Assembly (NCBI GenBank): GCA_043815885.1
Contig: JBDRIL010000055.1
Coordinates: forward strand, 1 to 17,307
DNA: 17,307 nt
Source of the DNA: an archaeon
GTDB lineage: Archaea > Iainarchaeota > Iainarchaeia > Iainarchaeales > 1-14-0-10-31-34
Reading direction: 5' to 3'
In this document: positions 8,913 through 16,273 of the stretch, one piece after another
How the letters are laid out: the number at the start of each line of letters is the position of its first letter
How positions within the stretch are numbered: the stretch's first letter is position 1
Translations under genes and position numbers: made by a program
The notes under the pieces: model-generated
Database searches by the model: none
What the model saw: the letters and a program-made list of their open reading frames with translations, nothing else
Told to the model about the DNA's origin: nothing

Positions 8913-10433
8913 TTAAAAACCAATGGTTTTTCTTCCGTAATGAATTATTCTCTCTATACCAATTCCTGTAAGCAATATTATTGTGTACACCAGCATTGTA
9001 ACAAAAATCGCTTGAGAAAAAAATAAATTAATTGCAATCACTTGAATCAAATAGGAGAGAAATAAAAGAAATATTAACAGTATTACTAGAATCCTTGCTC
9101 TTCTCTCAAAAACACTGTGATAAAATCCAAGCATAGCTACCGCAAAATGAAATATACTGAAGTAATAAAGTAAATGAATTGAAGTTAAGTGAAACGCAAA
9201 GAGGTTTGTGGTAAGCAATAATATGGCTAAACTTGCTCCAATCCAAAACCAAACCAACTTCTTGGATGTAATCTTATTGTATTCAGTGGCTAAATAAAAA
9301 ATAAAGACAAAAAACAGTACTGCGAATAATTCCCTGTTTATAAAGAAGAGAATTGAGTAAGGAATCAATGTAAATACATATCGAGGCATGTTTTCCCTTC
9401 CAAAGGTCACAAGTATTCCGTACAAAGAAAAAATAAACAACCCAAAACCAATCAATAACTCTAACTTCATTGAATAAATACTCATAACAAAATTGGTTGA
9501 AAGAATTAATGTGAGTGTTGAAAAAAATGTTGCAGTGAAATTGCCTTTAGTCATGTAAATCATTAATCCATATGTAAGGACAATCAATCCGCTTGAAATA
9601 ATCAGGGGCATTAACTCTAGTCCAAACAACTTAAAGGAATAAATGGATGTCAGAAAGTTCTGGATTAAATTAAAATGAATCAATAAATGAATTATTAGGT
9701 TGAATAACAACAGAGAGGGAAGAAGAATTAAATTGTGTTTGATTACTTTTTTGTTGCCTAAAAACTTTAAGTCAAACAGTCTCCTTGCAATCTTTGCTCC
9801 ATCATCTATTGCTCTAAGTTTTGCTTCATCACTTCTCTTCCTGTAACTGATATTTATTTCACTGAACTTGTATCCTTTTTTTGCGCATTCAGAAAATATA
9901 TTGGCTTCTACATCAAATCCGTCTGCCGCAATATCTATTTCCTTTATTACTTTTTTCCTGAACCCCCAATACCCTGTACATAAATCACTTATCTTTGTTC
10001 CAAACAATAAATTTGCAAGGTTTGTAAGGAACCTGTTTCCCAATTTATTAAGGGAACTCATTGCCCCTTCCTCAATCCTTCCCCCCAACCTTGAACCCAA
10101 TACCACTTCATTCCCTTTCTCTAATTCCTTCAGTATTGGAATAATGTATTCCCCTGGATAGGTTTCATCTGCATCAAGCATTACAGTGTAATCGGATTGA
10201 ATGTAATTGAATGCATCCCTTACAGCATTTCCTTTTCCTTTTTTTGTTGGAATAACCTTTGCACCTTTACTCAATGTAATTTCTTTCGTTCTGTCAGTGG
10301 AAGGGCCATTCACTACGAGTACCTCTGTCCCAAAACCCATTTTCTTTATTTCTTTCAGCGGGATTTCTTCAATTACTTTCCCTATGTGTTTCTCTTCATT
10401 CAGTGCAGGAATAAAAATAGTTACTCTCTTCAT
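8913..10433 (-). CDS. DPM1-like polyprenol-phosphate glycosyltransferase (GT2) fused to a long multi-TM domain
   Basis: 506 aa; 'IPALNEE', 'STDRT', 'GKGNA', DXD 'MLDADETYP', 'VLGSR', 'SDLCTGY', 'GFDVE', 'ISYRKR', followed by about 275 hydrophobic residues. Confidence 0.88.
   Translation of the reverse strand: MKRVTIFIPALNEEKHIGKVIEEIPLKEIKKMGFGTEVLVVNGPSTDRTKEITLSKGAKVIPTKKGKGNAVRDAFNYIQSDYTVMLDADETYPGEYIIPILKELEKGNEVVLGSRLGGRIEEGAMSSLNKLGNRFLTNLANLLFGTKISDLCTGYWGFRKKVIKEIDIAADGFDVEANIFSECAKKGYKFSEINISYRKRSDEAKLRAIDDGAKIARRLFDLKFLGNKKVIKHNLILLPSLLLFNLIIHLLIHFNLIQNFLTSIYSFKLFGLELMPLIISSGLIVLTYGLMIYMTKGNFTATFFSTLTLILSTNFVMSIYSMKLELLIGFGLFIFSLYGILVTFGRENMPRYVFTLIPYSILFFINRELFAVLFFVFIFYLATEYNKITSKKLVWFWIGASLAILLLTTNLFAFHLTSIHLLYYFSIFHFAVAMLGFYHSVFERRARILVILLIFLLFLSYLIQVIAINLFFSQAIFVTMLVYTIILLTGIGIERIIHYGRKTIGF
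8915..8931. repeat. Inverted repeat AAAAACC-AAT-GGTTTTT, arms identical to those at 1132-1148
   Basis: Read directly. It lies in the last codons of the GT2 gene, 47 nt upstream of ATG 8867. Confidence 0.55.
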
Positions 10434-10462
10434 TTTACCGATTACAATCTAGCATAATTCTA

Positions 10463-10476
10463 ATTTAAAGCTTTTC
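10463..10476. promoter_or_regulatory. BRE/TATA-like element in a 61-nt divergent gap, possibly bidirectional
   Basis: Minus strand GAAAAGC-TTTAAAT lies 30-36 nt before ATG 10433. Plus strand TTTAAAG (10464-10470) lies 25-31 nt before ATG 10495. Confidence 0.5.
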
Positions 10477-10494
10477 TTCTATTCTTTAATAGAA

Positions 10495-12063
10495 ATGAAT
10501 TCAATGAAACTCTTAAGGACTGAGTTTTGGATTATACTGATTCTTTTCTTTGTATGGCTAAGCCTTGAAATGACTTACTCTATTCATGATGACTACCATT
10601 TGCCTTACCATTCGGATGAATGGGACCACATTGCAATTGCCTCTGAAATCACTAGGACTGACCAATTAGTTAATTACAATCCTTACAGCAGAACTGGTTG
10701 GGATCCTCAATGGGAACAAAACTATCACATATTCATGGCAACCATAATGAATGTAACTGATTGGGATGTAGTTGATTTGGGGGGGGTTTACACTGCATTG
10801 TTCATTCCAGTGCTGATGACTTTTTTAATGATTTTTTTTAGTTTCCTGTTAGCAAGATATTTAACTAATTCCACTGCATGCGGAATCATTGCAGCAATAA
10901 CTGTTCTGCTCACCCGCCCTAATGCAAACATTCTTGGTTACTGGTTTTCGGTTCCAATGGCGTACGGAATGGCTTTCATTCCATTAATCCTCTATGTATT
11001 CGCCAAAGCCTTTTCCTCTAAAGGATACGGTTACTTTATTGTTCTTTTAGTTTTACTTGCCCAAGGAACATTGGTTCATCCTGCCTCTGTAACTATTTTT
11101 TTCCCAGCCTTTGCTATTTATTTCCTTCTTTCCCCCAAACTTCTCTGGCAAAACAAGAAGAAAATCCTGTTAATAGTGGTAGAGTTCATTGCACTGATTT
11201 CTTTGTTGGTTGGTTATTCTGTCTTTCAGTATTCTTTTACTGGCTATTCTGACTTATATCAAACCTTAATGCAAACAATTTCCTTTACTACTTCATTGTA
11301 TGAAGTTCAGGCTTACTACTTCTTGCCTAGATTCATTACCTGGCCGATCTTCCTGCTTGGAATGCTCGGTGTAGCTTCTCTCTTTCTTTCAAAGAAAAAA
11401 GAAGCAAGAATTCTTCCATTATTGGCTCTAACCCTTATTGCAGGAGTCTATCTTTTCTTTACTGAAGGAAGAATCTTTTTATCTGACTACAGAAGGGTTT
11501 TCATGTATGCTGCAATGCTTACCTCACTACTTTCAGGGATAGGCATTTATGCAATTGCCTCTTTCTTCCTGAATCCATTGAAAAAAAGATTAAAGAATTA
11601 TTTTATTTTTACAAAAAAATTTCCTATTGTGGCTGTCCCTCAAGCAATTGCAGTAGTATTAATTGCATGGTTTTTGTTTCTTCAAATTACCTTTATTCCA
11701 TTCACTCACGTAAATATGCTTTATAAGGTAATAGAGGAAGAAGACGTTCCAGCAATCCTCTGGTTGAAGCACAATACTTCAATTGATGAAGTTGTCCTTG
11801 CAATGCCTTACCATTCCAGAGGAATTTATGGAATAGCAGGGAATTTAATCCTTTATGCAAATATGGCCAGGCTCAGAGGCCCTAGAGGAGAAAATGAGCC
11901 TCGTGAGTTTTGGGCTGTTTCTTGTGAGCAAAGAGCCAAGCTTCTTTACGGAAACCCAAAGTACATTTATTGTGTTGGCCCTTATCAGTGTCCATTGGAT
12001 TGCAAATTTTTAAAAGAAGTTTACGCAAAGGATTCGAGGTATATTTATGAAATTAAAAGATAA
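10495..12063 (+). CDS. GT-C fold membrane glycosyltransferase with STT3/AglB-like C-terminal domain
   Basis: 522 aa; first loop 'PYHSDEWDH' (acidic DE motif), 'YHIFMA', 'LVHP', 'YRR', then soluble 'AILWLKHNTSIDEVVLA'. Confidence 0.72.
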   Translation: MNSMKLLRTEFWIILILFFVWLSLEMTYSIHDDYHLPYHSDEWDHIAIASEITRTDQLVNYNPYSRTGWDPQWEQNYHIFMATIMNVTDWDVVDLGGVYTALFIPVLMTFLMIFFSFLLARYLTNSTACGIIAAITVLLTRPNANILGYWFSVPMAYGMAFIPLILYVFAKAFSSKGYGYFIVLLVLLAQGTLVHPASVTIFFPAFAIYFLLSPKLLWQNKKKILLIVVEFIALISLLVGYSVFQYSFTGYSDLYQTLMQTISFTTSLYEVQAYYFLPRFITWPIFLLGMLGVASLFLSKKKEARILPLLALTLIAGVYLFFTEGRIFLSDYRRVFMYAAMLTSLLSGIGIYAIASFFLNPLKKRLKNYFIFTKKFPIVAVPQAIAVVLIAWFLFLQITFIPFTHVNMLYKVIEEEDVPAILWLKHNTSIDEVVLAMPYHSRGIYGIAGNLILYANMARLRGPRGENEPREFWAVSCEQRAKLLYGNPKYIYCVGPYQCPLDCKFLKEVYAKDSRYIYEIKR

Positions 12064-12910
12064 AGTAATTGCATTGGCATTCATTTCAGCAATTATTGCA
12101 TCAATTGTCTTAGTTACAGCTGAAGTAACTGAACCAAGCCAGTCCTTTGACCAATTAACCGCTTTTTGGAGAATTCCTTTAGGATTATACTTGATTCTTT
12201 TCCCAACTGGATTTCTCTTTTATTCCTTCCTTTTTCCCTACAAGAAAACAGTTATCGATATAGAGGGTTTTGGATTAAGTATTGCTTTAAGTATTTCATC
12301 CATCTCTCTAAGCATTTTAATTGCAAACATGTTGCTGCGTTTCCCAATAACCCTGGAGCATAATCTGATTATAATAACTGCCCTGAACGTAATTTTTTAT
12401 GCATTATTTATTTTCAGGGAAAAAATAGTTCCTCACTTAACCTCGTTCTGGGTTAATTATTGTTCAAGCCTCAAGCCAAGGTTTTCCTGGAGTAAATTCA
12501 TTGACATCGTATTTTTTTCCAATATAATTGTTTTTTTACTCCTTCTTGCCGACGTTATCGTTAAATATGGGGAAGAATTCGACCAGATTCTTTCTTTCCT
12601 CTCAATTCCATTGCTTGCTTTCTTTATTCTCTTTCCAACCGGCTACCTTATAGTAAGCTTATTGTTCTCCAGAAAAAAAGAACTTTATTCAACTAAATTG
12701 CTTCTCTTAACCATTTCTTTATCTGTTGCTTCCTTCTTCATTTCCCTTGTTTTAGTTTTTATTTCATCCTTTTTAATTCCATTCCAATTCAGCCTAATAA
12801 TCGTTTTGGCTTTATTAATGCTTTTTAATATTCTTATCTATATTTTATTCTTATTCGTGGAAAGAATAATTCCATTAATTTATTTTGTGTTTTTCAGGAG
12901 GGAGAAGTAA
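12047..12910 (+). CDS. DUF1616-like membrane protein (N-terminal TM module, internally duplicated)
   Basis: 287 aa; 'RIPLGLYLILFPTGFL...LFP...IDIEGFGLSIALSIS' resembles the DUF1616 TM region and recurs 144 aa later. Confidence 0.65.
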   Translation: MKLKDKVIALAFISAIIASIVLVTAEVTEPSQSFDQLTAFWRIPLGLYLILFPTGFLFYSFLFPYKKTVIDIEGFGLSIALSISSISLSILIANMLLRFPITLEHNLIIITALNVIFYALFIFREKIVPHLTSFWVNYCSSLKPRFSWSKFIDIVFFSNIIVFLLLLADVIVKYGEEFDQILSFLSIPLLAFFILFPTGYLIVSLLFSRKKELYSTKLLLLTISLSVASFFISLVLVFISSFLIPFQFSLIIVLALLMLFNILIYILFLFVERIIPLIYFVFFRREK

Positions 12911-13381
12911 TTGCCTTTAACTGAATTGCCCGAGAACCAAAAAGCAATGGTTGAAGAGTACAAGGAAAAGAGAAAAGAAGAATTACTTAATAAGAGAATT
13001 CTCTCTCTTATCTCAATTCTTTTAATTGCAGGAATGATTTACTCGATTTTTTTGTTTTTACTTCCCAAAGAAAAAACCAATTATTCACTCCTTTACCTGT
13101 ATCCAGATTCATATTCAAACAAGGTCGGTCCTGACAATTTGATTCCTTTCTCTTACGGCATTGAAAACCATGAAAAAAATTCAATTGAATATGATGTAAG
13201 AATTTTTTTCGGAGAAGAGTTAATAAAAGAAGAAAAAATCTTTGTTAACAAGGACGAAAAAAAGGTAATGAATGAAGAGCTTTTATTTGAAGAAAAAAAT
13301 TTTTCAAATCCATTCAAGGCAAGGGTAATCGTTAATTCTCCTGATACTGAGTATGAAGTATATTTCTGGATAAAAGAATAG
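12911..13381 (+). CDS. DUF1616-like C-terminal part (single TM plus extracellular beta-rich domain)
   Basis: 156 aa; TTG start with AGGAGG at 12896-12901; 'YSLLYLYP', 'YGIENHEKNSIEY', terminal 'EVYFWI'. Confidence 0.65.
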   Translation: MPLTELPENQKAMVEEYKEKRKEELLNKRILSLISILLIAGMIYSIFLFLLPKEKTNYSLLYLYPDSYSNKVGPDNLIPFSYGIENHEKNSIEYDVRIFFGEELIKEEKIFVNKDEKKVMNEELLFEEKNFSNPFKARVIVNSPDTEYEVYFWIKE

Positions 13382-13393
13382 GGGCTGTATGTT

Positions 13394-13876
13394 TTGGATA
13401 TAGTAATTCATTATATTGTTCCATTTCTCTTACTGAAACTATTTGATGTTAAACACAGATTCCTTCCCTTTCTCGCTTTAATTGCCCTGCTTCCTGACTT
13501 AGACAAACTAATTGGAGTAGGCAGAATGACTTTCCACAACGTCTTTTTTGTTTTAATAATAATATTCTTGGTTTACGTTTTTTTCAGGAAAAATAAAGAA
13601 GGAATAAAAGTAACCGCACTCACAACATTTTTCCTGTTCTCCCATTTATTACTGGATTTAGGCGGCCCAATTGCCATGTTTTTTCCTTTATCCCCAGACT
13701 ATTACTTAATTGAATTTGCAGTAAAATTCTTTAATTTCATTCCCTTCCTTTACCTGAATTTTTCTGTTGTTACTCTTGGACCAGAGATGCCTCATTACAT
13801 TATTTCAACTGCCAGCATGGGAATAATTCTGTTGCTCTTAATTCTTTTCTTAGTGAAAAAAAGATTTAAGAAATAG
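13394..13876 (+). CDS. YdjM-like membrane-bound metal-dependent hydrolase
   Basis: 160 aa; N-terminal His, 'LLPDLD', 'RMTFHN', 'FSHLLLD'. Confidence 0.8.
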   Translation: MDIVIHYIVPFLLLKLFDVKHRFLPFLALIALLPDLDKLIGVGRMTFHNVFFVLIIIFLVYVFFRKNKEGIKVTALTTFFLFSHLLLDLGGPIAMFFPLSPDYYLIEFAVKFFNFIPFLYLNFSVVTLGPEMPHYIISTASMGIILLLLILFLVKKRFKK

Positions 13877-14838
13877 CTTTCTTTAGTTCTTCTACGGAAA
13901 CAGTTGTTGCTCCAAGTTTTCCCACCACAATTCCTGCTGCGTAATTCGCTATTGTTGCGGCTTCTAACACATTTGCATTGGATGCAAGGCTGATTGAAAA
14001 TGTTGCCAGAACAGTATCTCCTGCCCCACTAACATCAAAGACTTCTCTCGCAAAAGAAGGAATCTTCTCGAATCTGTTTTCACTCCACAGGCTCATCCCG
14101 TCTCTTCCCATTGTGAGAAGGATTGATTCAGGGGAGAGTTTTTTCTGAAAAACTCTCAAGGCATTAATAATATTTTTTTCGTTATTCAGCTCTATTTCTG
14201 TTTCCTTCTCCAATTCTTTTTTGTTTGGTTTCAGGCAGGAAGCATTTCTGAATCCAAGCTTAATGAAGTTTTTCGAGTCAACACAAACAATCTTTTTATT
14301 CCTTCCAGCTTCCTTCATCAACTCTCTCACTATTCTGTTTGTGATAAGCCCTTTATTGTAGTCACTCACTATTACAGCATCTATTAAGGGAATTTTTTCT
14401 TTAAAGTAACGCAGAAGCTTTTCCTCAGTATTTTTTTTAATTAATTCAGTTGTTTCATCATCAATTCTTGCCAACTGCTGTGTTCCGGCAATTATCCTTG
14501 TCTTGCAGGTAGTGATTCTCTTTTCCTCTTCAATCACTCCTTCGACATTTATCCTCTTTTCTTTTAACAGCCTCTTCAACCTTTCTCCATTTTTATCCTT
14601 TCCTATTGCCCCTGCAATAAAGGTTTCTCCATTCAATGCAGCAATATTGTTTGCAGTGTTTGCTGCTCCCCCCAATCCATATCTTCTTTCTGCCTGTTTT
14701 AGTACCGGTACTGGCGCTTCAGGGGAGATCCTTTCCACTTCTCCAACTATGTACTGGTCAATCATTAAATCCCCTATCACAAGAATTTTTTTTTCCTTTA
14801 AACCCGGAAATTATTTCATGCAATTTACTTGAATTCAT
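13866..14838 (-). CDS. rfaE1: D-glycero-beta-D-manno-heptose-7-phosphate kinase (HldA/RfaE1), frameshifted at an A9 tract near the 5' end
   Basis: 'IGDLMIDQY', 'RISPEAPVPV', 'GGAANTA', 'SDYNKG', 'KPN', 'DVSGAGDT'. The listed ORF starts at GTG 14780, but ATG 14838 encodes MNSSKLHEIISGFKGKK and joins ILVIGD if 14786-14794 has 8 rather than 9 bases (323 aa). Confidence 0.92.
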
Positions 14839-14839
14839 T

Positions 14840-15319
14840 TTACAGTCCCCTGATTTTTTTTATTATATTTGAAGTGGAAGCATTGTCTACTTCATCCAAT
14901 AAAACCAGTTTTCCCCCATTTTCTTCAATTGCCTTTTTTTCAATTATTTCTTCTTCCCTGTAATCTCCGCCTTTAACGTGAAAGTCTGGTTTAAGTTCTT
15001 CAATGAATTTAATTGGATTCGATTCATCAAAAACAAAAACGTAATTAACTGACTCAAGTGCTGCAATAATTCCACTCCTTTCTCTTTCAGGCATTAATGG
15101 CCTCATCTTTCCTTTTAGTTTTTTAACGCTTTCATCACTGTTAATTCCAACTATCAGCACATCTCCAAATTCCCTTGCCTTCTCTAAATAAATTACATGC
15201 CCTACATGAAGTAAATCAAAGCATCCATTAGTTGTAACTATTTTTTTTCCTTGCTTTTTTAATTTGGAAACAATTTCCTTCAATTCACTTAAATCCTTTA
15301 CCTTTTCACTTGAATTCAT
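14840..15319 (-). CDS. rfaE2: D-glycero-beta-D-manno-heptose-1-phosphate adenylyltransferase (HldC/RfaE2)
   Basis: 159 aa; 'TNGCFDLLHVGH', 'GINSDESVKKLKG..RP', 'VKGGDY', 'STSNIIKKI'; adjacent to the kinase. Confidence 0.93.
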   Translation of the reverse strand: MNSSEKVKDLSELKEIVSKLKKQGKKIVTTNGCFDLLHVGHVIYLEKAREFGDVLIVGINSDESVKKLKGKMRPLMPERERSGIIAALESVNYVFVFDESNPIKFIEELKPDFHVKGGDYREEEIIEKKAIEENGGKLVLLDEVDNASTSNIIKKIRGL

Positions 15320-15337
15320 AAATTCCTTTCCCCTAAC

Positions 15338-16273
15338 TCAATTATCCTTAAACCATTCAACTGTCTTCCTTAAACCTTCATCAAACTCATGCTTACAAAC
15401 AAACCCCAACGCTTTTTTTGCTTTTTCCGGGTCAGCCTGTGTGTGTTTTGCCTCTCCCTTTCTTGCTGAAACGAATTTTGCTTCAACCTTTTTCCCAAGA
15501 ATTCCATTTATTTTGTGAACCAAATCAATCACTTTAATGTTTTCTCCTTTTGCAATATTGAATACCTCTCCGGAAATTCCTTCTTTCTTCATTGCAACAA
15601 GGTTTCCTTCAACTACATCTTTTACAAAAGTGAAGTCCCTGCTCTGCAGTCCATCCCCAAAAATTATTGGTTTCCTGTCATTCATTATTGCGTCAATGAA
15701 TAAAGGAATAACCACAGCGTACTCTGATTTAGGGTCCTGCATTGGCCCAAATACATTGAAGTATCTCAGAGAAACAGTCTCCAGCCCAAATGCTTCACTG
15801 TATATCTTGCAGTACCTTTCTCCAACAAGCTTTGTGACAGCATAAGGAGAGAGGGGATTAAGTTCATCATTTTCGCTTTCAGGCAATTTAGTTGTATTTC
15901 CATAAACAGAACTCGAGGAAGCAAAAACCACTCTTTTTACTCCATTATTTCTTGCTGCTTCAAGCACATTCACTGTTCCGTTGATGTTAACGTCATTGTA
16001 TTCTTTTGGATTGTTCATTGAATGAATCACTGAACGAAGTGCAGCCTGATGCAGTACAAAATCCATTCCAGAAAATTCCTTTTCAAGTAATTCATTATCT
16101 CTGATGTCTCCTTTAACGAATTCAATCTCATTCTCTATATCAGAAATGTTTTCCATTTTTCCTTCAAATAAATTATCAATTACTTTCACTCCATATCCTT
16201 GTTTCACTAATTCTCTCGCTATATGCGAACCAATAAATCCCGCGCCCCCTGTCACCACTACATTTTCCTTCAT
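15338..16273 (-). CDS. NAD-dependent nucleotide-sugar epimerase (extended SDR, WbpP/UDP-hexose(NAc) 4-epimerase-like)
   Basis: 311 aa; 'TGGAGFIGSH', 'HQAALRSV', 'FASSSSVYG', YxxxK 'SPYAVTK', 'LRYFNVFGP', 'GDGLQSRDF'. Confidence 0.9.
   Translation of the reverse strand: MKENVVVTGGAGFIGSHIARELVKQGYGVKVIDNLFEGKMENISDIENEIEFVKGDIRDNELLEKEFSGMDFVLHQAALRSVIHSMNNPKEYNDVNINGTVNVLEAARNNGVKRVVFASSSSVYGNTTKLPESENDELNPLSPYAVTKLVGERYCKIYSEAFGLETVSLRYFNVFGPMQDPKSEYAVVIPLFIDAIMNDRKPIIFGDGLQSRDFTFVKDVVEGNLVAMKKEGISGEVFNIAKGENIKVIDLVHKINGILGKKVEAKFVSARKGEAKHTQADPEKAKKALGFVCKHEFDEGLRKTVEWFKDN

Noticed and set aside
10495..12063. Calling this gene aglB/STT3
   Set aside because: The WWDYG motif is absent and the protein is short for an oligosaccharyltransferase.
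13389..13403. Out-of-frame ATG just upstream of the hydrolase TTG start (possible further frameshift at T4)
   Set aside because: The TTG start has a G-rich site 9 nt upstream and already includes the conserved N-terminal His. A T4 run is too short to suggest slippage.
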